Origin: a bacterium
GTDB lineage: Bacteria > Patescibacteriota > Gracilibacteria > JAHISY01
NCBI GenBank assembly: GCA_021779375.1
Contig: JAJYAT010000001.1
Coordinates: forward strand, 40,724-104,723
Direction: 5' to 3'
DNA length: 64,000 nt
Every line of letters begins with the position of its first letter. Positions within the stretch are counted from its first letter, which is position 1. Positions 47,611-55,922 of this stretch are shown piece by piece. The position numbers and the translations under genes were made by a program. A model generated the notes under the pieces. That model saw only the letters and a list, made by a program, of their open reading frames with translations. It ran no database searches and had not been told where the DNA came from.

Positions 47611-47640
47611 CTGTTTCAAAATACAGCGTTTTGCAGACCT

Positions 47641-48411
47641 TTATTTAACTACTTTAAACACCTGCACCTGCATCGTCACGTCTGTAGCTGGTTTGTCATT
47701 CGCATCGCGTTTAACATTCACGATCTGATCAACGACACTCATGCCCGAGACGACCTGCCCGAAGACAGTGTGTTTGAAATCGAGGAAAGTGTTGTCGGCT
47801 TGATTGATGAAAAATTGCGATGAGTTAGTAATCGCGCCACGCTTCGCCATCGCGATGGAGCCGCGGATATTCGAAAGTGTCGGCACGAATTCGTCCGCGA
47901 AATCCCCGCCCCAGATCGACTCGCCGCCCGTACCATTGCCGAGCGGATCGCCACCTTGGAGCATGAAGTCCGGAATGACGCGGTGAAAAATCAGTCCGTC
48001 ATAAAATCCGCGTTCGGTAAGTCCGACAAAATTTTCAACTGTTTTGGGCGTCTGATCCGGCGTGAGTCGTAGCCAAATTTCGCCGAGACTTGTCGTCATT
48101 TTGACGATGGTGTCGCCGACTACCGCACAGCGATCTTGTTTCGTAGAGTTTGCTTCACAGTCATAAGCTGGAACTTCACCAAGTGAAATGGTTTTAGCAG
48201 GCATGGTAGAGGCGTTAGTGGAACAAGGTGAGAATTCACAATCCGGCGGGACGCGCCCGACCGAGGAGCCATCCGGGCAAATTTTGGCATCCGCAGTGCA
48301 AAACACGACATCGTCGGATTTATCAGTAGTGTCGCTCTGGTCGACTGGCGCCGCGCCGCAACCCGCGAGCAAGAAAACAAAAGCGGAGGCAAAGAAAAGT
48401 TTTTTCTGCAT
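47641..48411 (-). CDS. Cyclophilin-type peptidyl-prolyl isomerase lipoprotein with N-terminal Cys-rich module
   Basis: Lipobox FLLAGCG. Module CTADAKICPDGSSVGRVPPDCEFSPC. Cyclophilin core FHRVIPDFMLQGGDP...SIAMAKRG...SQFFIN. Confidence 0.85.
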   Translation of the reverse strand: MQKKLFFASAFVFLLAGCGAAPVDQSDTTDKSDDVVFCTADAKICPDGSSVGRVPPDCEFSPCSTNASTMPAKTISLGEVPAYDCEANSTKQDRCAVVGDTIVKMTTSLGEIWLRLTPDQTPKTVENFVGLTERGFYDGLIFHRVIPDFMLQGGDPLGNGTGGESIWGGDFADEFVPTLSNIRGSIAMAKRGAITNSSQFFINQADNTFLDFKHTVFGQVVSGMSVVDQIVNVKRDANDKPATDVTMQVQVFKVVK

Positions 48412-48425
48412 GGTAAAAAATTAAT

Positions 48426-48950
48426 TTAATTGGCTGAATTAGTCGTACCATCGACTGCCGCCTCGTCCGAACGCACCGCTGGCGTGACTGTCTCGGCAGG
48501 AGTGGTTTCGTCAGAGCTTTTTTCTTCGACTGTGGTTTGGTCACTCGTCGCTGGAATTGACGGAGTTGCGTCAGCTGTGCCGAGCGCGCATTCGCCGCGG
48601 AAATACTGCCACTCATCACATTCCTTGTTGGCAGAATCGCTGCAAACACCAAATTGACCGCCGTTCGCATCCGCCCGAATTTCGTAGGCGAAACCGTCAG
48701 CCAGACATTTGGTCGCGGCTGGATTTGCGAGACCAGTCTTGGTTTCACATTTATTAGCACTGCAATTTTCGAGCTTACCATCAGCCGAACAAACGCAAGA
48801 ATTGCAATCATCGCCGAGTGGAACCAGCTCGCCCGGAGCATAAGCTTTTCCGCTCAGCTCGCAAGCAGTGGACTGTTTCGTGAGCTCCACATTGCCGAGC
48901 GAACAACCCGCGAGCAGGAGAAGTGACAAGGCTGCCAAAGTTTTTTTCAT
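48426..48950 (-). CDS. Lipoprotein with Cys-rich module and DUF333-like domain
   Basis: The likely start is ATG 48950 (MKKTLAALSLLLLAGCS lipobox), because the track start 49049 overlaps the upstream gene. DUF333-like segment LANPAATKCLADGFAYEIRADANGGQFGVCSDSANKECDEWQYFRGEC. Confidence 0.65.
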   Translation of the reverse strand: MKKTLAALSLLLLAGCSLGNVELTKQSTACELSGKAYAPGELVPLGDDCNSCVCSADGKLENCSANKCETKTGLANPAATKCLADGFAYEIRADANGGQFGVCSDSANKECDEWQYFRGECALGTADATPSIPATSDQTTVEEKSSDETTPAETVTPAVRSDEAAVDGTTNSAN

Positions 48951-48960
48951 GTTGGTGGGG

Positions 48961-50196
48961 TTAAATTTTTTCGATTTTAACTTTTTCAATACGATTGCCG
49001 AGCACTTTTTCAATCGTAAGCTCCACATTGGCGACGCGGATTTTAGCATTTTTCTTCGGCATTTTAGCTAATTTTTCAAGCAGCAGGAAAGCCACGCTCT
49101 TGCCGTCGAAACGACCCTTCTCGAGCTTCGTGCCGAGCAGCTCATCAATCTCGCCAAGCGGCGCCGTACCGGAAACGAGCAAAGTATGCGCGTTGATTTT
49201 TTCAATTTCTTCCGCCGCACTGTCCTGCTCGTCCTCAATCTCGCCGACGATTTCCTCAAGCAAGTCTTCGAGCGTGACGATGCCGAGCGTGCCGCCGTGT
49301 TCGTCGACGACGATGGCGAGATGATTGTGGCGCGACTGCAGTTCTTTGAAAAGTGAACGCGTCGTCCGACTCGCTGGCGTGAAGACTGGCTCGATGAGTG
49401 AAAGTTTTTTGATCGGTGCCGTAGACGATCCGTGCCAGGCAAAGAGTTGGCGGAAGTTCAGAATACCGATGATTTTGTCCACTGAGCCATCGAAGACGGG
49501 CAGGCGCGAAAAAGTGTGTGAGTGAAAAAATTTTTCGACAGCGGCGACTGTCATGCCTTTTTCGATCGCAGCAATCTCGACGCGTGGCGTCATCACCTCA
49601 TCGACGCGCGTGTCGGTAAATTCGAGTACATTCTGAATCAGCTCTTTTTCGTGCTCTTTGATCTCACCACTCTGCGTCCCGAGATGAACTGCCGCGACGA
49701 TTTCTCTTTCAGAAATTCTTTCGACATGGTAAGCACCGAGCGCGTGCAGCGTTTTTTCAATCAACCAAGTGAAAGGTGTGAGAATTTTTTCGAATACGGT
49801 GAGCGGAAAAGCTGAGACCAGCGCGACATTTTCCGCATATTTTTGCGCGAAAGCCTTGGGGAAAATCTCACCAAAAATGAGAATGAGAAATGTCATCAGC
49901 CCTGTCGCAATTCCAAGTCCAAACGAGCCGAACATTTCGGTGGCGACGACCGTCGCGAGACCAGACGCGAGAATATTGGCGACATTGTTGCCGATCAAAA
50001 CCGTCGCGAGCAGACGCTGCGGACGACTCTTGAGCGCGACGACCAATTTGGACGCGCGCGATTTACGCTCAGCCAAAACTTTCACTTTCGCCGGCGAGAG
50101 CGAGACAAATGCCACCTCGCTCGAAGAAAAAAACGCCGACAAAATCAGAAGAACAAAGAGCGTGAAGTAAGTGAAAAGATGAGGGTCTTCGGACAT
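48961..50196 (-). CDS. CNNM/CorC-HlyC family transporter (DUF21 + CBS pair + CorC_HlyC)
   Basis: 411 aa. DUF21 TM block (SEVAFVSLSPAKVKVL...), CBS pair (VDEVMTPRVEI...), and C-terminal transporter-associated domain. Confidence 0.8.
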   Translation of the reverse strand: MSEDPHLFTYFTLFVLLILSAFFSSSEVAFVSLSPAKVKVLAERKSRASKLVVALKSRPQRLLATVLIGNNVANILASGLATVVATEMFGSFGLGIATGLMTFLILIFGEIFPKAFAQKYAENVALVSAFPLTVFEKILTPFTWLIEKTLHALGAYHVERISEREIVAAVHLGTQSGEIKEHEKELIQNVLEFTDTRVDEVMTPRVEIAAIEKGMTVAAVEKFFHSHTFSRLPVFDGSVDKIIGILNFRQLFAWHGSSTAPIKKLSLIEPVFTPASRTTRSLFKELQSRHNHLAIVVDEHGGTLGIVTLEDLLEEIVGEIEDEQDSAAEEIEKINAHTLLVSGTAPLGEIDELLGTKLEKGRFDGKSVAFLLLEKLAKMPKKNAKIRVANVELTIEKVLGNRIEKVKIEKI

Positions 50197-50242
50197 TTTG
50201 CAGGCGAAATTTTAACACAATTTCAGCTAAAATAATGCGGCT

Positions 50243-50317
50243 GCGGGCGTAGTATAACGGCTATTATGCGAGCTTCCCAAGCTCGAGACGCGGGTTCGAC
50301 TCCCGTCGCTCGCTCCA
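50243..50317 (+). tRNA. tRNA-Gly (anticodon CCC), CCA encoded
   Basis: Acceptor GCGGGCG/CGCTCGC (one G-U). Anticodon stem CGAGC/GCTCG with loop TTCCCAA. T arm GCGGG-TTCGACT-CCCGT. Discriminator T followed by CCA. Confidence 0.85.
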
Positions 50318-50323
50318 AAACAA

Positions 50324-50398
50324 GCTCCCGTCGTTCAACGGATAGGACTCAAGTTTCCGGAACTTGTGATGCAGGTTCGATTCCTGCCGGGAGCACCA
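50324..50398 (+). tRNA. tRNA-Arg (anticodon CCG), CCA encoded
   Basis: Acceptor GCTCCCG/CGGGAGC. Anticodon stem CAAGT/ACTTG with loop TTCCGGA. T arm GCAGG-TTCGATT-CCTGC. Discriminator A followed by CCA. It lies 6 nt after tRNA-Gly. Confidence 0.85.
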
Positions 50399-50409
50399 AA
50401 AACTTTCGA

Positions 50410-51084
50410 ATGTCTCTCTCCAAAACTCGCGCCGCCTGTCAGCTCGCCGACCTAATCCTCGCGGAAGTTGTCGGAAATTTGCGGCGCGGGAAATCGGAGA
50501 TGGAAGTCGCGGCGGAAATTCGGAAGCTCGCGAAGGCTAAAACGGACGGACTCGCCTTCCCGCCCATCGTCGCCTTCGGACGAAATTCAGCCAGACCACA
50601 CCATTCCCCGACCGAGCGCAAATTGAAGCCTGGCGACGTGGTAAAAATCGACCTCGGTTTTCGCATCGATGGTTTTTGCTCTGATCTCACGCGAACTTTT
50701 TTCACGGCTGAACCGACCGACTTTCAGCGGAAAATTTATGAGACGGTTTTGGCAGCGCAAAAATTAGGAATTCGCAAAACACACAGCGGAATCACAGGAA
50801 AAGATTTAGATGCGTTCGCGCGCGGCTTTTTGGCGGAAAAAGGCTTCGGCAAAAATTTCGTTCATTCGCTCGGTCATGGCGTCGGCAGAAGAATTCACCA
50901 AAATCCCAAGATCGGTCCGAAATCGAAATCGACCTTGAAGCTCGGCGATGTGTTGACGATTGAACCCGGTTTGTATTTTAAAAATCGTTTTGGCATCCGC
51001 ATCGAGGACACTGTTTTGATCGAAAAGAATGGTGCGGAAATTTTGACCAAATTCCCTAAAAAAATGGCAGTTTTGGCAATTTAA
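50410..51084 (+). CDS. M24-family metallopeptidase, catalytic (pita-bread) domain only
   Basis: The track ORF start (50266) lies inside the tRNAs. ATG at 50410 gives 224 aa with PPIVAFG, GDVVKIDLG...DGFCSDLTRTF, HSLGHGVG, TIEPGLY and IRIEDTVLI. Confidence 0.8.
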   Translation: MSLSKTRAACQLADLILAEVVGNLRRGKSEMEVAAEIRKLAKAKTDGLAFPPIVAFGRNSARPHHSPTERKLKPGDVVKIDLGFRIDGFCSDLTRTFFTAEPTDFQRKIYETVLAAQKLGIRKTHSGITGKDLDAFARGFLAEKGFGKNFVHSLGHGVGRRIHQNPKIGPKSKSTLKLGDVLTIEPGLYFKNRFGIRIEDTVLIEKNGAEILTKFPKKMAVLAI

Positions 51085-51143
51085 TTCTGCTAAAATCAGC
51101 GCACAAAACATGGTTCAAATAAGTGTTCCGTGTTTCATGTTCT

Positions 51144-52454
51144 ATGTTCCATGAGATTAAAATCGCGGTAATTCAATTCCCCGGCTCGAACTGCGAGCTC
51201 GAGACGGCGCGTGCCGTCGTGCGCAACGGTATGGTCGCCGAGCATTTTCGCTGGAACGAGAAGAAGAGTTTGAAAAGTTTTGCTGGTGCAATTTTAGTCG
51301 GCGGATTCAGCTACGAAGATCGCGGGCGCAGCGGCTTGATTGCTTCGAAAGATCCGCTGCTGAAAGAAGTTTTTGCGCTGGCGAAGCGCGGTGGTGTGGT
51401 GCTTGGAATTTGCAACGGCGCCCAAGTCTTGGTCGAGACCGGGCTCGTGCCGAATTTCGAATTTGGGAAATCTGTGCTCGCACTCACCCACAATCGCCGT
51501 GTAAAAAATGGCGCAGTCGTCGGTGAAAATTTTTACAACGATTGGATTTTTGTCCGCCCGCAAAAAAATCGCGCCAATGCTTTCAATCAATTCGAGGAAG
51601 AAATTTTGCGCATTCCGGTCGCACACGCCGAGGGACGCTTTTTTTCGGAAGACGCTGATTTGATTGGCAAGATTGTGGAAGAAAATTTGAACGCTTTTGT
51701 CTACTGCGATGCGGAGGGAAATATCCAACCGGAATTCCCGACGAATCCGAATGGCTCAATTCTGAATCTCGCCGGCGTGACGAATGCGACGGGCAACGTC
51801 ATGGCGCTGATGCCACACCCCGAGCGCACTGAAATTGGCGATCCGATTTTCCAGTCGATGCGCCGCTGGATCTTGGGCGAAGTCGAGAAACCGGAAGTGC
51901 ACAAAATTAAATTTGCCGCGCCAGTTTCGAAAATTTTGGCTGCGCCAAAAACTGACGTCGAACTTTTCGTGAAACTGAAAATCACTGACAACGAGGCGCT
52001 CTCAGTCGGTCGCGCCGCTCAACTGGATTTAGAGAAATTCAGATGGTTTGGGTTTCAATTCACAGATTCGTTAACCCACGAGATATCTCGTGGGTTAACT
52101 CCAATAGTAAAAACCAATTTAGAAAAAATCATCCGCAGCGGCAGTCTATTAAATGCTGAAAAGGAAGAGGTTTTTGTGAAATTCGGCGACAAGGTGTGGA
52201 AATTTTCCAAAGACCACGGACTCGTCGCCGTGCAATTCGTGCTACCGAAAAATCGGATTCTCGCCCGCGAAAAAGAAGCCAGTCTCGACGAATCGCGCGA
52301 ACAAACTTTGAACCACCTGCTTGGCAAATCCGTCGTCCGAAATTTCACCAGCGGAGTTTTGTGGAGCACGGAAGACGCAAAAGAGAAATTTGAAAAAGCG
52401 ATCGTTGGAAATTTCTTTCATCACCCTGCCTCCCATTATTTGAGCAAGATTTAA
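51144..52454 (+). CDS. purQ: FGAM synthase glutamine amidotransferase subunit PurQ with a ~190-aa C-terminal extension (possibly tandem PurS-like)
   Basis: IKIAVIQFPGSNCELETARAV, GICNGAQVL and LMPHPER (class I GATase triad). The alternative start is GTG 51123. The extension (VELFVKLKITDNEALSVGRAAQ... and ...FEKAIVGNFFHHPASHY) is only loosely PurS-like. Confidence 0.75.
   Translation: MFHEIKIAVIQFPGSNCELETARAVVRNGMVAEHFRWNEKKSLKSFAGAILVGGFSYEDRGRSGLIASKDPLLKEVFALAKRGGVVLGICNGAQVLVETGLVPNFEFGKSVLALTHNRRVKNGAVVGENFYNDWIFVRPQKNRANAFNQFEEEILRIPVAHAEGRFFSEDADLIGKIVEENLNAFVYCDAEGNIQPEFPTNPNGSILNLAGVTNATGNVMALMPHPERTEIGDPIFQSMRRWILGEVEKPEVHKIKFAAPVSKILAAPKTDVELFVKLKITDNEALSVGRAAQLDLEKFRWFGFQFTDSLTHEISRGLTPIVKTNLEKIIRSGSLLNAEKEEVFVKFGDKVWKFSKDHGLVAVQFVLPKNRILAREKEASLDESREQTLNHLLGKSVVRNFTSGVLWSTEDAKEKFEKAIVGNFFHHPASHYLSKI
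52070..52099. repeat. Perfect 30-nt palindrome GTTAACCCACGAGATATCTCGTGGGTTAAC inside the purQ extension
   Basis: Read directly. In frame, it encodes (S)LTHEISRGLT. It has the same GTTAACCCAC termini as the mutM copies. Confidence 0.9.
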
Positions 52455-52491
52455 AACTAGCAACTACCAACTATTAACTAAAAACTTCGTG
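52455..52491 (+). repeat. Five in-phase heptads AACTNNN running into the GTG start of glmS
   Basis: aactagc aactacc aactatt aactaaa aacttcG TG. The period is exactly 7 from 52455 to 52489. Confidence 0.85.
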
Positions 52492-54324
52492 TGTGGAATC
52501 ATTGCCTTTCTCGGAAACCGTGACAACGCGGGCAAAATCGTCGTCGATGGTTTGAAAAAATTGGAATACCGCGGCTACGATTCTTTCGGTTTCGCCGAAA
52601 AGATTGGCGACAAAATCCGCGTTTCAAAAAGCGTCGGCAAGATTTCGGAATTCAAGGAGACCGCCAAAACTTTCGCGAAAACCAATCTCGCTTTCGGTCA
52701 CACACGCTGGGCGACGCACGGCAAAGTGAATCGCGTGAATGCGCATCCGCACGCCTCAGCCGATAGCAAGGTCGTCGTCGTACATAATGGCATCGTCGAG
52801 AACCACGCCGATCTGCGCAAAATGCTCGAGAAAAAAGGTGTGAAATTCGTGAGCGAAACAGACACAGAAGTAATTCCCAATTTGATTGCGGACTTTTTGC
52901 GGAAAAATTCACCGCGTGAAGCCGTAAGAAAAACCGCGCAAAAATTAGTCGGGCGCTTCGCTTTCGTCGCCGCCATCGCCGGCGAGTCGAAACTTTTCGC
53001 CGCCAGGAACGGCTCACCTTTGATTCTCGGTATTGAAAAATTTTATCCGAAGTCGGACGAAAAGCTTTTGGCGAAAGTCGACGGCTCGGCTTTTTTCATC
53101 GGTAGCGATGTTCCCGCCTTTTTGGATTTCACACACGATGTGGTTTATCTCGACGACGGCGAGCTGGTCGAGATCGAGGAGTCTCCGACGAAAGACCATT
53201 TTCACGGACATTTTTTCGAAATCGCCAGTGGTCGCCCGATCAAGAAACGCGTGATCTCCATCGACCTCAAAGCGAGCCGCGCGGAAAAAGGCGACTTCAC
53301 GCACTTCATGCTGAAGGAAATTTTCGAGCAAAAGGAAACAATCACACGCGCGCTGAATCAAGACGAGAAACAAATCGAGCGCGTCGCGGAATTGATTCGC
53401 CGAAGTTTCGGCACGTTTTTCATCGGCTGCGGCACCGCCGGCAAAGTCTGCGCGACCGCGGAATATCTTTTCGCGAAGATTGCGCGTCGCCATGTGAATG
53501 TGATTTTCGGCAGCGAGTTCGACACACAGGAAGCTTTTTTGACCGACCGCACTCTGCTCATCGCAGTCAGCCAGTCCGGCGAGACGGCCGATATTTTGGA
53601 GGCTTATAAAATCGCCAAACAGAAAAAAGTAAAAACTGTCGGCGTAGTAAATGTCGCCGGCAGCTCGGTCGCGCGCCAGTCCGACGTCGTCCTGCCGGTG
53701 AATGCCGGCGTCGAGAAAGCCGTCGCCTCGACCAAAGCGACGACTGCGCAACTCGCGATCCTGACTCTGCTTGCCTTCACCGTCGCGGGCAAACCCGAAG
53801 AGGGCAAACGCGTTTTGGCGGAAGCTGCCAGCTCGATCAATGATTTTCTGAATCCCCGCTACTCCGCGCATTTGGAAAAAATCGCCCGCAAAATCAAGAA
53901 CGTCGAATCGCTCTACATCATCGGCAAAGGCGCAGACTATCCAATGGCGCTCGAAGCCGCAATCAAGCTGCAGGAAGTGAGCTACATCCACGCCGAAGGT
54001 TTCGCCGCTGGTGAGCTGAAGCACGGACCGCTCGCGCTAATTACAAAAGGCACACCGCTCATCGCTTTCGTCCCGATGGGTAAATTCCGCGCGGATGTCC
54101 TGTCGAATGTCGCGGAGGTGAAAGCGCGCGGCGGACGCATTATCGGCGTCTCGCCGAAGAATGACGAACTTTTCGACGAGTGGATTCGTGTGCCCGCCGT
54201 CGGCGCCGCGCAACCAATCGTGAACATCATCCCAATTCAATTACTCGCCTATCACCTCGCCGTGCTAAGAAAAAATAATCCTGACCTGCCGAGGAATTTG
54301 GCTAAGAGTGTAACGGTGAAGTAA
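52489..54324 (+). CDS. glmS: Glutamine--fructose-6-phosphate aminotransferase
   Basis: GTG start giving MCGIIAFLG (N-terminal nucleophile Cys). Two SIS domains (SQSGETAD). C-terminal NLAKSVTVK. Confidence 0.95.
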   Translation: MCGIIAFLGNRDNAGKIVVDGLKKLEYRGYDSFGFAEKIGDKIRVSKSVGKISEFKETAKTFAKTNLAFGHTRWATHGKVNRVNAHPHASADSKVVVVHNGIVENHADLRKMLEKKGVKFVSETDTEVIPNLIADFLRKNSPREAVRKTAQKLVGRFAFVAAIAGESKLFAARNGSPLILGIEKFYPKSDEKLLAKVDGSAFFIGSDVPAFLDFTHDVVYLDDGELVEIEESPTKDHFHGHFFEIASGRPIKKRVISIDLKASRAEKGDFTHFMLKEIFEQKETITRALNQDEKQIERVAELIRRSFGTFFIGCGTAGKVCATAEYLFAKIARRHVNVIFGSEFDTQEAFLTDRTLLIAVSQSGETADILEAYKIAKQKKVKTVGVVNVAGSSVARQSDVVLPVNAGVEKAVASTKATTAQLAILTLLAFTVAGKPEEGKRVLAEAASSINDFLNPRYSAHLEKIARKIKNVESLYIIGKGADYPMALEAAIKLQEVSYIHAEGFAAGELKHGPLALITKGTPLIAFVPMGKFRADVLSNVAEVKARGGRIIGVSPKNDELFDEWIRVPAVGAAQPIVNIIPIQLLAYHLAVLRKNNPDLPRNLAKSVTVK

Positions 54325-54377
54325 AAATATTAAGTTGGAAGTAGAATCTTTGTATTATAAAAAAATAATCCATCATC

Positions 54378-55163
54378 ATGAGAAATATTCCTGAAGATAA
54401 TTTGGCATACCCTGTGCTACTTAAATGGGATACGGGAATTACGGGTTCAAGTTTTTTCTTAAGAGCAGATAATAAAATGTTTCTAGTAACGGCAAAACAT
54501 GTTCTTTTTGATAAAGAAGACCTGAGGGGCAAAAAGATTGAATTGGTTTGTCAGACAAGAGCACTAAAAGATGAAAACATTAATAAATATCTAATCGATC
54601 TCACAAAATCAAAAGTTTTGAAACATGAGACTGCAGACATAGGAGCCATAGAGATAGGCGAAATTATAGAAATTCAAGATGATGGCGGTAGGCTTTTCAA
54701 ATTTAACGAAGGAATATCTGTCATTCATGAAGTGGCTAGCGGTATTGTCAGCGCAAGTGCAGGCGATGCTACCAAGTTATTAAAAGATGTATTGATTTCT
54801 AATGACGTTATTTTATATGGATACCCAACATCCTTAGGATTAAGAAATTCTCCGCAGTTCGACTACAACAAACCCTTGTTAAGAAAGGGAATTATAGCCA
54901 ACATTTATCAAGATGGTGGCACCATTATTCTTGACTGCCCAGTCTACTATGGAAATAGTGGCGGACCAGTTGTCGAAGTAGAACAAGATGGACTAACTTG
55001 GAATCATAAAATCATCGGTGTCGTATCTCAATTTATTCCCTTTTGTGAACATTGGGAAAATAAAGAAAACGGTTTAGTAAACACCGAACTTTCAAACTCA
55101 GGGTACTCTGTAGCAGTTGCAATGGATAAAGTGTTTGAGCTAATCGGATATAAAACTGAATAG
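54378..55163 (+). CDS. Cytoplasmic trypsin-like (S1/Trypsin_2-type) serine protease
   Basis: 261 aa with no signal peptide. Putative triad His in LVTAKHVL, Asp in ETADIGAIEI, and Ser in YGNSGGPVV. The gene looks clearly AT-richer than its neighbours by eye. Confidence 0.65.
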   Translation: MRNIPEDNLAYPVLLKWDTGITGSSFFLRADNKMFLVTAKHVLFDKEDLRGKKIELVCQTRALKDENINKYLIDLTKSKVLKHETADIGAIEIGEIIEIQDDGGRLFKFNEGISVIHEVASGIVSASAGDATKLLKDVLISNDVILYGYPTSLGLRNSPQFDYNKPLLRKGIIANIYQDGGTIILDCPVYYGNSGGPVVEVEQDGLTWNHKIIGVVSQFIPFCEHWENKENGLVNTELSNSGYSVAVAMDKVFELIGYKTE

Positions 55164-55217
55164 ATTGTTTTCTAATACCTCCTTCTCTAGCTTAATCACC
55201 ATCGCGAGCTTTTGTCC

Positions 55218-55235
55218 TTCCCGCGAAAGCGGGAA
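55218..55235. repeat. Hairpin TTCCCGC-GAAA-GCGGGAA
   Basis: 7-bp stem with a GAAA tetraloop in the 313-nt spacer after the protease gene. Confidence 0.7.
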
Positions 55236-55262
55236 TCCGGAAAAAATAACCACTTGCGAGGC

Positions 55263-55290
55263 GTAGGGAACGCAGATCTGCGTTCCCTAC
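55263..55290. repeat. Second copy of the 28-nt palindrome GTAGGGAACGCAGATCTGCGTTCCCTAC
   Basis: Identical to 47583-47610. A partial TTCCCTAC recurs at about 55366. Confidence 0.9.
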
Positions 55291-55476
55291 TTTGTAAAAT
55301 CTCACTGTAGGTGCAGATCAAAAAATAGCCTAATCTAATACGGAAGCGTTGCGTGCAATTTTTATTCCCTACGTTTTTATTTCAAAAATCCTCCACGTCT
55401 TCGACACCACCGCAAGCGTGATTTTTTCTCAGCATCGCAAAACCAGGATAAAATCAATGCGACCTAACCTACCAAA

Positions 55477-55914
55477 ATGAAAATTTTGAAAGTCGCTTTG
55501 CTCACACCGCTACTGGTTTTAGCAGCCTGCGGCGGCGAGGCGAAAACTGAGACTGTCGAACCACCGAAGACCGTCGCGATTTCAGATGTGAAATTGTGCT
55601 TGGAGGTAGGAGCGCAAAACGAATGCCCTGCTGATTTACGCGCCTTCCCTGATAGCGCACCACAAATTTCCGTCTCAGCAGTAATTACCAATCCCTCCAC
55701 CGTACCGAAAGTTGTTTTCGATTGGCGCTACCTCGGCGACGAAACCCCAAAGGCGATTAATTCCGCTACGATCAAAAGCACTGAAATCGTCCGCGTCGCC
55801 TCCTCGACTCTAAGCATGGTCGATCATGAATGGCCCGCGGGAAAATACGAAGTCATCGTCACCGCGGGTACGCAAGAAGCTCGCGCGGATTTTACGGTGG
55901 TGCATGTGGATTAA
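55477..55914 (+). CDS. Lipoprotein, unknown function (145 aa)
   Basis: MKILKVALLTPLLVLAACGG lipobox. Beta-rich remainder. Confidence 0.6.
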   Translation: MKILKVALLTPLLVLAACGGEAKTETVEPPKTVAISDVKLCLEVGAQNECPADLRAFPDSAPQISVSAVITNPSTVPKVVFDWRYLGDETPKAINSATIKSTEIVRVASSTLSMVDHEWPAGKYEVIVTAGTQEARADFTVVHVD

Positions 55915-55922
55915 TTCCGGAT

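Noticed and set aside
52455-52488. A glmS ribozyme upstream of glmS.
   Set aside because: Only 34 nt separate purQ from glmS, and that stretch is a simple heptad repeat. There is no room for the ~170-nt ribozyme.
47583-55290. Could the two identical 28-nt palindromes be CRISPR repeats?
   Set aside because: There are only two copies, 7.7 kb apart and separated by ordinary genes. No regular spacer array and no cas genes are in the window.
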